DNA of 63,350 nucleotides, filler included, from Babesia bigemina (lineage: Eukaryota), in NCBI RefSeq assembly GCF_000981445.1. It is 9 parts of 9 records of this genome, joined end to end, with 100 filler letters (N's around TTAATTAATTAA, not from the genome) between each part and the next. Parts side by side here need not be neighbours in the genome. Positions count along the whole stretch, not along the records: positions 48,323 to 56,261 come from NW_012237046.1; positions 56,362 to 58,622 come from NW_012237048.1; positions 58,723 to 63,350 come from NW_012237049.1; 6 more parts are not named here. One strand, 5' to 3'. The notes under the pieces were generated by a model, which was not told the DNA's origin, made no database searches, and was given only the letters and a program-made list of their open reading frames with translations. A program made the translations under genes and the position numbers. This document shows positions 50,259-63,348 of the stretch, piece by piece (the stretch's first letter is position 1; every line of letters starts with the position of its first letter).

Positions 50259-52788
50259 TTATGGTTGCAGGTAAAACACCCTGTTAAGCTTGTTAACACG
50301 CGCAGCCGCAAGTAGCGATTGAGCAGCGATGCGATGACTCGAGGGACTATGTAGATGCGATTTGATGTGGAGGAGGTCTAGGCGGATGACCATGATGTGG
50401 AGGAGGTAGAGGAGAGAGAGGAGCCAGAGCGCGACGTTAAGCCAGACGAAGGGGGCGCGGATCTTGAAGAGGAATTTGTCGCATTGTTGAAACAGGTCTT
50501 TGAAATATTGTGAGTTTAGCACGGCATTGAATTGATTATAGAAATCATGGCATTTCTTGCTGACATCGAGCGTCGTTGGGTCACCAAATGCAAAGCCATA
50601 TCTGTAGAATGTTGGTGAGACACCCTTACATTTCACCATGGATTCGCATTTACAATGCGGTTGGCCTGCTACATTTTCCTTCGCCTCATCACTCTTTCCA
50701 TGTTCTCCGCGTTTGCACTTGCTACTGTTAAGGCAATTACGGCAGCCCCAGTCTGCGCAGAAAATATTGCAGAAGTCGTCACATAGATTTTTGAGATACT
50801 CCCAGAACGTCCATGGAAGGTACACCGCCCAGGACACGTAGGTGTCACAGTGTTTCAAGGCGAAGTAGCAATATGCATCTTCGGCCAAGGGATACATGAA
50901 TGGAGTGCAGTCATTTGTTTCTTTTTTGTTTCTACATGTGTCGGCGGTTGTTAGATTCTTAAGGTGTGGGTGTTCGCATTCGGTGTGAGTTGCAGACTTA
51001 GAACCGTAGGCGTCGAGAAGTGCTTTCGTAAAGACAATAGGATCAGGTTGCAGTTGAATGGAGAGCATGTCAACGGATGTCTCAAATGCGGATCGCATAT
51101 CGGTCAGGTTCATGCGCTTACTTGACCCACAGCTGTTAGCAAGCGACTGGACGAAACTGAAGTGCTCCGATATTGTGGACGGCGGCTTTGGCACCAGGCA
51201 TAGCAATCCCTTGAGATTGGAATTAGCAAAGAATTTCCTAAGAATGTGACATATGTCCCTACCCGTCTTAGTGGACCCAGAGAATCCCCTGAATCCAAGC
51301 GGCGTAATACAGGGCATGCCTTTCCTGGCAGTTGAAGGACAATTGACGCACTCGTACCTGCAACCAATTTTGCTTAGCTGGTGAGGTAGATGCCCGGGCA
51401 AACAATCGTTAAGATAGGACATTAATGGGGAAGTTGGACGGCAATTTGCTTGGCTGTTTACTTGGCACTTTGGTTGACCATTTGCTTTGCCGTTTGGTTG
51501 GCACGCTGCTTTGTCTTCCGAGTGGTCGATACACTGCGATTTGCCCGATGGTATATCTTTGCCGTACATACAATCGCGCCAACCAAAGTTGTACGCCGCA
51601 TAGCTACACTGGCTGAGCAGGAATTTCAGCGGCGGGAACAATCGGCGTAATATGTCGAGCAACATGTCGAAGCAATCTTCGCCGCTTTGGGGGTAGTGGA
51701 ATTTCATGGAATTATTCGACAGGTCAGAGGCGTAGGTGGTGGATTCATCGCCTGTTCCGGCTATTGTTGTCAACACGTCATAGGCGGTGGCACATACGTC
51801 CGTTATAGCGGCTCGTATGTCCTTGTATGGTATCTTTAGTGGGTGCGCATTTAAGCTTAAATCTTCTTGATTGAGATATGAGATTTGTAAGATGTCTCCG
51901 TTCTCAGTTTCTTCTTCCTCCGCTTTCCGCTCTTCATCTTTATTGAGCTCCTCCAATATTTCAAGGACTCTCTCATCTCGAGCAGCGCTATATATCGGAT
52001 TGTGCGGGAGCCCCGAGAGCCAAACTAGCATTTCATACACCGAACACGGATGCCTCTTTGAGGTTAGAGTGGACAGATGACACGCGTCATTATATTTGTT
52101 CATGTGATGGTAAAGGCAATCAAGAATGTCACAAATATCGAAGTGCGTTTTATCCTTTGGCTCACCTGTCTTAATATCTTTATTTGATTCGCACGCTTTG
52201 ATGTGATCGAAAACCATACCGCGTTCTACTTTATTCTCCACGAGCTTTTCAAGAATATTTCCACCGGTGAACTTATACTTGCACTGCAGCTCCCCGTCCT
52301 GCTTCGTCGCTTTATCTGTCTGTACACAGTAACCGCACTGCCTCATGAATTCACCAAGTGAATTTACTTTTCTGTCCTCCTCTTTCAAGTATAGTGATTT
52401 GGTCCTCCAGCTGCCTCCTTCCGCGCACCTCCTCTCCAACTCCCCGAGACACTCGACTAACATCGGCAAGCAACTAAAAAACACTTTACCACATTTTAAC
52501 GCTTCCTCAGTTGGCTCAGATTTCGAAGGATTACCAACATTTTCCACCCAGGTAATTCCTTGCCCCGAGTACCTGCTGACGTACTGCTTCGCGAGCTCCC
52601 CGTGGAACGCCCGGACGCCGGCCTTGACGACGTTGAGCAGCGGAGAGGCCTCGGCGAAACCGGAGGGGGTGAGGGTGTCGAGCTGTGTTTGGAGTTCGGC
52701 GAGGTTGGTGGAGACGTCAGCGTGGAAGTGGCGTTGGGTGTGCATTGTGGACAGGAGGGCGGAGAGGGCGTCGGCGAGGGGGGTGAGA
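50259..52788 (-). pseudogene. ves1: 5'-truncated ves1-like gene (C-terminal ~840 codons intact, class A)
   Basis: 828-aa ORF from an internal Met. It lacks the leader, the conserved box and the helical region, and no assembly gap explains the loss. Confidence 0.8.
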
Positions 52789-53073
52789 TAACAAAAATTT
52801 GGTCAACTTCGGTTAAGGTAATTTTATGGAAGCGATTTAGGTAATTTTTAGGGGTCGACGAAATGTTGCAAAATTAGGTGACGGGGCGGTGAGGGAGGTT
52901 AAGGGAGGTGGAGAGGGAGGAGAGGGAAGTGTTGGAGATTAAGGTAACAAAAATTTGGTCAACTTTGGTTAAGGTAATTTTTTGGAAGCGATTTAGGCAA
53001 TTTTTAGGGGTCGAAGAAATTTTGCAAAATTAGGTGAAAGGGCGATCAGGGAGGTTAAGGGAGGTGGAGAGGG
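52789..53073. repeat. Imperfect direct duplication, period 156 bp
   Basis: TAACAAAAATTTGGTCAACTT starts at both 52789 and 52945. Confidence 0.9.
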
Positions 53074-53096
53074 GGATGGTAAGTGTAATTAAAATA

Positions 53097-55170
53097 TCGA
53101 TGTAGAGTGGGTTAGGGAGCGATGTAGAGTGGATAAAGGGGCGATGTAGAGTGGATAAAGGGGCGATGTAGAGTGGGTAAAGGAGCGATGTAGAGTGGAT
53201 AAAAGGGCGATGTAGAGTGGGTAAAGGAGCGATGTAGAGTGGGTTAAGGGGCGATGTGGAGTGGGTTAGGGAGCGATGTAGAGTGGATTAGGGAGCGATG
53301 AGGAGTGGATTAGGGAGCGATGTGGAGTGGACAGAGGAGCGATGTAGAGTGGATAAGGGAGCGATGTAGAGTGGATTAGGGAGCGATGAGGAGTGGATTA
53401 GGGAGCGATGTGGAGTGGGTAAAGGGGCGATGTGGAGTGGGTTAGGGAGCGATGTAGAGTGGGTAGAGGAGCGATGTAGAGTGGATAAGGGGCGATGTAG
53501 AGTGGATAAAAGGGCGATGTAGGGTGGGTTAAGGGGCGATTACAGGAGGTGAAGGAGCGATGTAGAGTGGATTAAGGCGCGATGTAGAGTGGTTTAGGCA
53601 GCGATGTGGAGTCGGTTAGGGAGCGATGTAGAGTGGTTTAAGGAGCGATGTAGAGTGGATAAAGGGGCGATGTGGAGTGGGTTAAGGGGCGATGTGGAGT
53701 GGGTTAAGGGGCGATGTAGAGTGGGTTAAGGGGCGATGTAGAGTGGGTTAAGGGGCGATGTGGAGTGCGTTAAGGGGCGATGTAGAGTGGGTTAAGGGGC
53801 GATGTGGAGTGGATTAGGGAGCGATGTAGAGTGGATTAGGGAGCGATGTAGAGTGGATTAGGGAGCGATGTGGAGTGGGTTAGGGAGCGATGTAGAGTGG
53901 GTTAAGGGGCGATGTAGAGTGGATAAAGGGGCGATTTAGAGTGGATTAGGGAGCGATGTAGAGTGGGTTAAGGGGCGATGTAGAGTGGGTTAGGGAGCGA
54001 TGTAGAGTGGGTTAGGGAGCGATGTAGAGTGGGTAAAGGAGCGATGTAGAGTGGGTTAAGGGGCGATGTAGAGTGGGTTAGGGAGCGATGTGGAGTAGGT
54101 TAGGGAGCGATGTAGAGTGAATAGAGGGGCGATGTAGAGTGGACTAGGGAGCGATGTAGTGTGGGTTAGGGAGCGATGTAGAGTGGGTTAAGGAGCGATG
54201 TAAGGTGGATAAGGGAGCGATGGAGAGTGGGTTAAGGGGCGATGTAGAGTGGGTTAAGGAGCGATGTAGAGTGGATTAAGGAGCGATGGGGAGTGGGTTA
54301 AGGGGCGATGTAGAGTGGATAGAGGAGCGATGTGGAGTGGATGAGGGAGCGATGTAGAGTGGATTAAGGGGCGATGCAGAGTGGGTTAGGGAGCGATGTA
54401 GAGTGGGTTAAGAGGCGATGTAGAGTGGATAAGGAGCGATGTAGAGTCGGTAAAGGGACGATGTAGAGTGGGTTAAGGGGCGATGTAGGGTGGATAAGGG
54501 GCGATGTAGAGTGGATAAAGGAGCGATGTAGCGTGGATTAGGGAGCGATGTAGGGTGGATAAAGGGGCGATGTAGAGTGGGTAAAGGGGCGATGTGAAGT
54601 GGATAAGGGGCGATGTAGAGTGGATAAGGAGCGATCTGGAGTGGATAAAGGGGCGATGTGGAGTGGGTTAGGGAGCGATGTAGAGTGGGTAAAGGGGCGA
54701 TGTAGAGTGGGTTAGGGGCGATGTGGAGTGGATAAGGGAGCGATGTAGAGTGGGTAAGGGAGCGATGTAGAGTGGATTAAGGGGCGGTGTAGAGTGGGTT
54801 AAGGGGCGATGTAGAGTGGGTTAAGGGGCGGTGTAGAGTGGATAAAGGGGCGATGTGGAGTGGATAAAGGAGCGATGTAGAGTGGATTAGGGAGCGATGT
54901 AGAGTGGATAAAAAGGCGATGTAGAGTGGATAAGGGGCGATGTGGAGTGGGTTAGGGAGCGATGTAGAGTGGATAAAGGGGCGATGTAGAGTGGGTTAGG
55001 GAGCGATGTGGAGTGGATAAAGGGGCGATGTGGAGTGGGTTAAGGGGCGATGTGGAGTGGATAGAGGAGCGATGTAGAGTGGGTAAAGGGGCGATGTAGA
55101 GTGGGTTAGGGAGCGATGTAGAGTGGATAAGGAGCGATGTGGAGTGGATAAGGAGCGATGTAGAGTGGAT
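53097..55170 (-). repeat. 22-bp minisatellite
   Basis: Same unit. Confidence 0.97.
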
Positions 55171-55183
55171 GATAATCACCACT

Positions 55184-55492
55184 TGTGTCCATGTCATCGC
55201 TGCCGTGTCCATGTCATCGCTGCTGTAACCATGTCATCGCTGCCTTGTCCATGACATCGCTGCCGTGATTATGTCATCGCTGCTGTGTCCATGACATCGC
55301 TGCCGTGACCATGTCATCGCTGCCGTAACCATCAACTTGGTCAGGTGCTTGGTCATCACGTTGGTCAGCACATTGGTCAGCATCTTGGTCATGGCATTGG
55401 TCAGGTGCTTGGTCATGGCATTGGTCACCACTCTGGTCAGCACCTTGGTCAACACGTTGGTCACCACTTTGGGCAGCATCTTGGTCACCACT
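55184..55492 (-). repeat. 20-bp array (55184-55331) and 12-bp array (55337-55492)
   Basis: Canonical units in mirror order. Confidence 0.93.
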
Positions 55493-55618
55493 TTAGTTAA
55501 CTATTACACAATCACATACAACGATTAATGAGTGATACAACAGATAATATTACAATTCATTTGTTAGGTGAGTAGGTGATATGCTAGGTGAGTGTAGACA
55601 GTGAACACGTGAGTACGA

Positions 55619-56261
55619 TTATGGTTGCAGATAAAACACCCTGCCCAGTTTGTTAACGCGTGCAGCGGCGAGTAGTGATTGAGCAGCAATACGATGAGAT
55701 GAGGGACTATGTAAGTGCGATTTGATGTGGAGGAGGTCGAGGCGGACGACCATGATGTGGATGAGGTATAGGAAAGAGAGGAGCCAGAGGGCTACGTTGA
55801 GCCAGATGAAGGGGGCGCGGATGGTGAAGAGGAAGTCGTCGCATTTGTCGAACAGTTCGGTGAAATATTGCGATTTTAGAACTTTACTTAATTGAGTGCA
55901 AAAATCGTAGCATGTTTTTTCATTGTCTACTTTGTTTAACACCGACGCATTACCAATTGCTAATCCATACTTATAGAATGTAGGTGTGACGCCTTTGCAG
56001 CCGACTATAGAAGGGCAGCGACAATGAGGAATTTCAGTTTTCTCATCTTTGAGACCATGCTGTCCACGTTTGCATTTGTCGGCGCGGAGGCATTTTTGAC
56101 AACCCCATTCTTGGCAAAGAATATCACAAAAATCTTTGTATAGGTTGTTGAGACAATCCCAGAAATTCCACGGGAGGATGCGCCCAGAAACCTACGTGTC
56201 AATTAGGATTGATGCTAAGAAAATTGAAGGATCCCACCTGAAATTTTTGAAAAAAGGGGCC
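55619..56261 (-). CDS. ves1: ves1-like gene, 3' fragment (class A); contig-edge part low quality
   Basis: CYDFCTQL...IRAPFIWLNVALW...VNKLGRVFYLQP*. Confidence 0.85.
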
Positions 56262-56361
56262 NNNNNNNNNNNNNNNNNNNNNNNNNNNNNNNNNNNNNNN
56301 NNNNNTTAATTAATTAANNNNNNNNNNNNNNNNNNNNNNNNNNNNNNNNNNNNNNNNNNNN

Positions 56362-58040
56362 TCGTCCCTCTAATCTCCTTCCCATTTGCAATAGGATCAG
56401 TGAATTTCTTAAGAGCAGCAGTTATCTTATCACATAATTCATCCGTAACATACTCGGATATCTTATCTTTAATCGTAACCTTAAATTGCTCGACATACTG
56501 CTCCACACTCCATCCATCGCTTTTCTTAAACTTATTTACTTCGTCCGGCACCTCGCTATTAACGCTCCTATAGAGCGTAGTGAGCGCACTCATTCGGTCA
56601 CCTAAACTAGTCACTTGTGTCCTTAAGATACCCTTCTCACTTTCAACCTTCCCTTTAAGCAGCTTTGCATTCTCTACAATGGGACTCAACCCGTCCACGA
56701 TTCTGCTTTGATAATTGGTTTCAAGTCTCTCAATCGCAGTCTGAACCGTGTTAAATGCATTGAAAAGCTCTATGTTGATAGATGAAAACAACCGAGAGAA
56801 TTGTTTATTTTTAAAGTTTGTAAGGTCACCATTCAATGCTCCAATTTGATCCTTCAAGTATTTATGTAAATTATACGTATACGTCTTAAACCGTTTTTCC
56901 AGAAATACGTGGAGTTCATGCATTTTCTGACCTGCCTCTTCATACACGTCCTTCAGGTCTCCATCCTCCGCCGCCGCCTTGAACGTTCCCGTGGCCTGAA
57001 CCAGCAATGAAATGCTACACTTTAACTTACCTAATAGCGTAGGATCAATATCTTTTAAAGCCTTTTTGGCCTTGTCAGCATACGATGCGTACCTCCCAGC
57101 TCGCTCGGTCCATTCCTGCACCTGCGTAATAAGGTTCTTGTCTTTTTCTATTTTAATTTCATTTTTATCGTGTTCAACTAAATTTTTCATGACCTCTATG
57201 GGCTCTTTCACTGCAGTAATTTTATTGTTTAACTGACTTCCATACCCCTCCAACCACTCCTTCACCGCGGCGACAGCATCCACAAGCCCAGTACGCCCGG
57301 TGCCAATATTCTTATTTACCTCTTTTAGTACTTCACTAAGCTTTTTATCCATGTAATTATCGTACGTTTTAACCGCTTCATCATCTTTCACCGCACCAAG
57401 CACACCACTCAAAAATCCCATCACCCCGTCACACAGCCTATCAAGGTCGGAGTACACTATCCCAGTGCCATTGTAGCCTTTGGAAGCGGAGTTGAAGCCT
57501 AGGAAGGTTTCGAGGCCAGTGCAAAGATTCTCTAAGAGATTTTTAGGATCATTTTGTTGATTATTAGAATTCTCATAAAATCCACAAAGCTTCTCCACTT
57601 TCTTCAAAGCCTCCAACTTGGAGTGCAATTTGGCTGAGTCAGCAGAGGGAGAGGGGGAAGGAAGAGAGTGATTAAGAGGGTTATTAAGGCTATCAATTAG
57701 TCTTTTAGTTTCAGTGATTTGACTAGTTATTTCATTCGTAAGCATTTTAATTTCACCGGTGTCACCAGCCTGGTCACCAGACCTGACAGACTCAGAAAGG
57801 TTAGAAACATGAGAAGAGTAAAGATTTTAAGCTCTTCATTACTGTTAATTTCAGCGATAATAGCATTCTCAACGGCTTTCTTAACACTCTCACTCTCACC
57901 AACAAAACCGCCAAGCTGTCCAGCCAGGTGACCAAGGCTAATGAGCTTGGACACAATGTCCTCCAAGGCTCTTCTTGTAGCATCGTCACTAAGAGAATGG
58001 TCAGTATCAGCAAGTTATTATGATGCTTTAAAGAGGTCAT
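56362..58040 (-). pseudogene. ves1: ves1-like gene, 5' part, with out-of-frame leader and one internal -1 frameshift
   Basis: Leader ATG at 58040. The DIVSKLISLGHLAGQ frame shifts at the T4 run 57825-57828 relative to paralog 37652, possibly a homopolymer error. The conserved box follows, then the sequence runs into the gap. Confidence 0.8.
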
Positions 58041-58066
58041 AGCGTTAATAAGACAAGATAATTCGA

Positions 58067-58622
58067 GGGATGTAGAGTGGGTTAAGGGGCGATGTAGAGT
58101 GGATAAAGGGGCGATGTAGAGTGGGTAAAGGGGTGATGTAGAGTGGGTTAGGGAGCGATGTAGAGTGGGTTAAGGAGCGATGTGGAGTGGATAAAGGGGC
58201 GATGTAGAGTGGGTTAGGGAGCGATGTAGAGTGGGTTAAGGGGCGATGTAGAGTGGGTAAAGGGGCGATGTAGAGTGGGTAAGGGGCGATGTGGAGTGGA
58301 TAAAGGAGCGATGTAGAGTGGATAAGGGAGCGATGTAGAGTGGGTAAAGGGGCGATGTAGAGTGGATAAGGGAGCGATGTAGAGTGGGTAAAGGGGCGAT
58401 GTGGAGTGGGTTAAGGGGCGATGTAGAGTGGGTTAAAGAGCGATGTAGAGTGGATTAAGGAGCGATGTAGAGTGGGTAAAGGGGCGATGTAGAGTGGATT
58501 AGGGAGCGATGTAGAGTGGGTAAAGGGGCGATGTAGAGTGGGTTAAGGGGCGATGTAGAGTGGGTTAAGGGGCGATGTAGAGTGGGTTAAGGAGCGATGT
58601 AGAGTGGTTAAGGGGCGATGTA
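58067..58622 (-). repeat. 22-bp minisatellite (to gap)
   Basis: Same unit. Confidence 0.97.
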
Positions 58623-58734
58623 NNNNNNNNNNNNNNNNNNNNNNNNNNNNNNNNNNNNNNNNNNNNTTAATTAATTAANNNNNNNNNNNNNNNNNNNNNN
58701 NNNNNNNNNNNNNNNNNNNNNNAAATGGTAGATC

Positions 58735-60973
58735 GGAGTGGTAAGGAGCGATGTAGAGTGGGTTAGGGAGCGATGTGGAGTGGATAAAGGGGCCATGTGG
58801 AGTGGGTTAAGGAGCGGTGTGGAGTGGATAAAGGAGCGGTGTGGAGTGGATAAAGGGGCGATGTAAGGTGGGTTAAGGGGCGATGTGGAGTGGGTAAGGG
58901 GCGATGTAGAGTCGATAAAGGGGCGACGTAGAGTGGATTAGGCAGCGATGTAGAGCGGATAAAAGGGCGATGTAGAGTGGGTAAAGGGGCGATGTAGAGT
59001 GGATAGAGGAGCGATGTAGAGTGGATAAGGAGCGATGTAGAGTGGGTTAGGGAGCGATGTAGAGTGGGTTAGGGAGCGATGTGGAGTGGGTTAAGGGGCG
59101 ATGTAGAGTGGGTTAAGGGGCGATGTAGAGTGGGTTAAGGGGCGATGTAGAGTGGGTTAGGGAGCGATGTGGAGTGGATTAGGGAGCGATGTAGAGTGCA
59201 TAAAGGAGCGATGTAGAGTGGGTTAGGGAGCGATGTACAGTGGGTAAAGGGGCGATGTAGAGTGGGTTAAGGGGCGATGTAGAGTGGGTTAGGGAGCGAT
59301 GTAGAGTGGGTTAGGGAGCGATGTAGAGTGGGTTAGGGAGCGATTAGAGGAGGTTAAAAGGCGATGTAGAGTGGGTAAAGGGGCGATGTAGAGTGGATAA
59401 GGGGCGATGTAGAGTGGGTTAAGGGGCGATGTAGAGTGGATTAGGGAGCGATGAAGAGTGGGTTAAGGGGCGATGTAGGGTGGGTTAGGGAGCGATGTAG
59501 AGTGGGTAAATGGGCGATGTAAGGTGGGTAAAGGGGCGATGTAAGGTGGGTAAAGGGGCGATGTGGAGTGGGTTAAGGGGCGATGTGGAGTGGATAAGGG
59601 GCGATGTAGAGTGGATAAGGGGCGATGTAGAGTGGATAAAGGGGCGATGTAGAGTGGGTAAAGGAGCGATGTAGAGTGGATAAGGAGCGATGTAGAGTGG
59701 ATAAAGGGGCGATTAGAGGAGGTTAGGGAGCGGTGTAGAGTGGGTTAGGGAGCGATGTAGAGTGGATAAAGGGGCGATTAGAGGAGGTTAGGGAGCGGTG
59801 TAGAGTGGGTTAGGGAGCGATGTAGAGTGGGTAAAGGAGCGATGTGGAGTGGGTAAAGGGGCGATGTAGAGTGGATAAAGGAGCGATGTAGAGTGGATAA
59901 AGGGGCGATTAGAGGAGGTTAGGGAGCGATGTGGAGTGGGTTAGGGAGCGATGTAGAGTGGGTAAAGGAGCGATGTGGAGTGGGTTAAGGGGCGATGTAG
60001 AGTGGTTAAAGGGGCGATGTAAGGTGGATAAAGGGGCGATGTAGAGTGGGTAAAGGGGCGATGTAGAGTGGGTAGAGGAGCGATGTAGGGTGGATTAAGG
60101 GGCGATGTAGAGTGGGTTAAGGAGCGATGTAGAGTGGATAAAGGGGCGATGTAGAGTGGATAAAGGGGCGATGTGGAGTGGGTAAGGGAGCGATGTAGAG
60201 TGGGTAAGGAGCGATGTGGAGTGGATAAAGGGGCGATGTAGAGTGGATAAGGGAGCGATGTAGAGTGGGTTAGGGAGCGATGTGGAGTGGATTAAGGGGC
60301 GATGTAGAGTGGGTTAGGGAGCGATGTAGAGTGGATAAAGGGGCGATGTAGAGTGGGTTAAGGGGCGATGTAGAGTGGGTTAGGGAGCGATGTAGAGTGG
60401 GTAAAGGGGCGATGTAGAGTGGGTAAAGGGGCGATGTAGAGTGGGTAAAGGAGCGATGTAGAGTGGATAAAGGAGCGATGTAGAGTGGGTAAAGGAGCGA
60501 TGTAGAGTGGATAAAGGGGCGATGTAGAGTGGGTTAGGGAGCGATGTAGAGTGGGTAAAGGGGCGATGTGGAGTGGATTAGGGAGCGATGTGGAGTGGGT
60601 AAAGGGGCGATGTAGAGTGGGTAAAGGAGCGATGTAGAGTGGATAAAGGAGCGATGTGGAGTGGGTAAAGGAGCGATGTAGAGTGGATAAAGGGGCGATG
60701 TAGAGTGGATAAAGGGGCGATGGAGAGTGGGTTAGGGGGCGATGTGGAGTGGATAAAGGGGCGATGTAGAGTGGATAAAGGGGCGATGTGGAGTGGGTAA
60801 GGGGCGATGTAGAGTGGGTTAGGGAGCGATGTAGAGTGGGTTAGGGAGCGATGTAGAGTGGGTTAAGGAGCGATGTGGAGTGGATTAGGGAGCGATGTAG
60901 AGTGGGTAAAGGGGCGATGTAGAGTGGGTAAAGGGGCGATGCAGAGTGGGTAAAAGGGCGATGTAGAGTGGAT
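58735..60973 (-). repeat. 22-bp minisatellite (from gap)
   Basis: Same unit, >2.2 kb. Confidence 0.97.
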
Positions 60974-60991
60974 TGTTAATCGCCACTTAGG

Positions 60992-61228
60992 TCATCGCTG
61001 CCGTAACAACTGTCATCGTTTCCGTAACCATGTCATCGCTGCTGTGACCATGTCATCGCTGCCGTGACCAGTCATCGCTGCCGTGACCATCAACTTGGTC
61101 ACCACTCTGGTCACCACCTTGGTAACCACGTTGGTCATGGCATTGGTCAGCACATTGGTCAGCACTTTGGGCAGCACATTGGTCATGGCATTGGTCAACA
61201 CTTTGGGCAGCATCTTGATCAGCACTTC
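60992..61228 (-). repeat. 20-bp array (60992-61089) and 12-bp array (61095-61228)
   Basis: Canonical units in mirror order. Confidence 0.93.
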
Positions 61229-61350
61229 AGTTAACTACTATACAATCACATACAATGATTAATTAGTGATACTACAGATTAAAGCACAATTCATAAGTTA
61301 GGTGAGTAGGTGATGCTAGGTGAGTGTACATAGTAAACACGTGAGTACGA

Positions 61351-63348
61351 TTATGGTTGCAGGTAAAACACCCTGTTAAGTTTGTTAACACGTGCTGCGG
61401 CGAGTAGTGATTGAGCAGCGATGCGATGCGATGAGGGACTATGCAAATGCGATTTGATGTGGAGCAGGTCTAGGCGGATGACCATGATGTGGAGCAGGTA
61501 GAGGAGGGAAAGGAGCCAGAGGGTGAGGACAAGGTAGGAGAAGGGTTCACGGATTCTCCACAGTAACATGTCGCATTGCTTAAATAGTTCAGTGAAATAG
61601 TCGGAATTAACAACATTGTACAGGTGACTTCGCATATTGAAGCAGTTTCTTTTTAACGATATCAAATTCTGCGCATCCCTGAATGTGAACCCATATTGGT
61701 ATAACGTTGGAGATACGCCGTTGCAATGTACAACGGAAGTACATTGGCAACCCGTTCCTTTCTCCGCTGGATTAAGCATACCATGACTCTCTCCCTTGCA
61801 TATATCGGTATGCAAGCAGTTACTGCATCCCCAGTCTTCACATCTTATAGCCTTAAACGCGTCGAGTAGACTTGCAAGATATTTATGGAATGTCCACGGC
61901 AAGTAAACTGCCCATGACAGGTACGAGTTCGATTGCTTGTTGACAAGGTAATGATAAGTGTCGCAGCTTAGGGGGGATAGGTAAGGAACGCAATGCTCCT
62001 CATTGATACACGCACTGGTTAGTGAAATGCACGATAGGTTACGTTTTGCATCAGGCTTCTGCTTGCGATGCTCTATCCCTTTATTACCATAAGCTTCACA
62101 AATAGGATCGACGAGTTCAGCAGTATCTTCATAAAGCTTGATGGAGCGATCGGTAATCGAATCTGCGATGGTGTCTGCCAATGTTTTAATGCCGTCAACC
62201 TTACTCTGCTTTGAAGCACTAAGTCCCTTGGCAAGTGACACTGCAAACTGGAAGTGCTCCGGCAAGTTAGTTGGAGGCCTGGGTGCGAGGGTGAATAGAC
62301 ACGCAATCATACCGTTGCCTAATATCTTTTTAATAATGCTACATAATTGTGCACCCGTTTTAATTGACCCTGAGAAGCCTCTGAATCCAATGGGGGTTAA
62401 GCAGGGCATTCCAGGCTTATTACCGGGGCACGTTTTGCATTCAGGTTTGCAGCCGACATTCGTGAGTTGATGAGGCAAGTGACCCGGCAAACAGTCATTT
62501 AGGTAACTCATCAATGGAGAAGTTGGCTGGCAATTTGGTTGGCACTTTGACTGGCGCTTTGGTTTACACTCTGCCTGGCACGTTGCTTCATCCGTTGATC
62601 TGTCGTTACAATGCGATTTGGTCGTAGGCACATTTTTACCGTACTGGCAGTCCGCCCAACCGAACTCCACGGCCGAATAACTACACTTGGATTCGAGGAA
62701 TCGGAACACGGAGAGCAATCTACGTAACATGTCAAGTAACATTGACAGGCAATCGTCCGCCGTCTTAGGGTAATGCAGCTTGAGGGAATTGTTGGCGTAT
62801 TCGCAGGCGTACCTGGTGTGCTCATCACCTGTGCCGGCGATTCTAGCCAACACGTCGTATGATTTGGAACAAATTAGCGTTAGCACCGCTTCGATGTTCT
62901 CATAGGTGAACCTGGTTGGGTATGCGTCCAGATAGAACTCTTTCTGGTTGACGAATTCGATCTCAAGTCCCGAGTCACCGCTATCTATCGGTTGATTCTT
63001 AGGTTTATCAAGCAGCTTGGTGATGCCGCCAGGTAACGCTGAATATACGGTACTATGAGGGAGCCCTGAAAACCAGCAGAGTATTTCGTATATACTGCAC
63101 GGATGCCTTTTGGAGAATAACGTTGATAGATGACATACTTCGTTATACTCGTCGAGGTGACTGTAGAGGCATGCTATGAAATCCATGATATTAAAGTTCC
63201 ATTCTTTCTCCCGTGATCTACACTGCGGAACGTGTTCTAGATTCGACATTTGTATGATCTTACCGAGAATTCCATCGATATGTTTGCCAGTGAACGTATG
63301 TCTGCACTGCAGCTCCCCGTCCTGATGCGACTTCTGACTGCTAGGAAC
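61351..63348 (-). CDS. ves1: ves1-like gene, 3' part (class A), continues beyond the window
   Basis: The frame stays open upstream of the Met at 63249 (...HQDGELQCRHTFTG...) to the window edge. Cys-rich region, TM and tail are present. Confidence 0.9.
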   Translation of the reverse strand, partial: VPSSQKSHQDGELQCRHTFTGKHIDGILGKIIQMSNLEHVPQCRSREKEWNFNIMDFIACLYSHLDEYNEVCHLSTLFSKRHPCSIYEILCWFSGLPHSTVYSALPGGITKLLDKPKNQPIDSGDSGLEIEFVNQKEFYLDAYPTRFTYENIEAVLTLICSKSYDVLARIAGTGDEHTRYACEYANNSLKLHYPKTADDCLSMLLDMLRRLLSVFRFLESKCSYSAVEFGWADCQYGKNVPTTKSHCNDRSTDEATCQAECKPKRQSKCQPNCQPTSPLMSYLNDCLPGHLPHQLTNVGCKPECKTCPGNKPGMPCLTPIGFRGFSGSIKTGAQLCSIIKKILGNGMIACLFTLAPRPPTNLPEHFQFAVSLAKGLSASKQSKVDGIKTLADTIADSITDRSIKLYEDTAELVDPICEAYGNKGIEHRKQKPDAKRNLSCISLTSACINEEHCVPYLSPLSCDTYHYLVNKQSNSYLSWAVYLPWTFHKYLASLLDAFKAIRCEDWGCSNCLHTDICKGESHGMLNPAEKGTGCQCTSVVHCNGVSPTLYQYGFTFRDAQNLISLKRNCFNMRSHLYNVVNSDYFTELFKQCDMLLWRIREPFSYLVLTLWLLSLLYLLHIMVIRLDLLHIKSHLHSPSSHRIAAQSLLAAARVNKLNRVFYLQP

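Noticed and set aside
57820..57830. Programmed frameshift or phase variation in ves
   Set aside because: A single missing base in a short homopolymer is more simply a sequencing error or ordinary pseudogene lesion.
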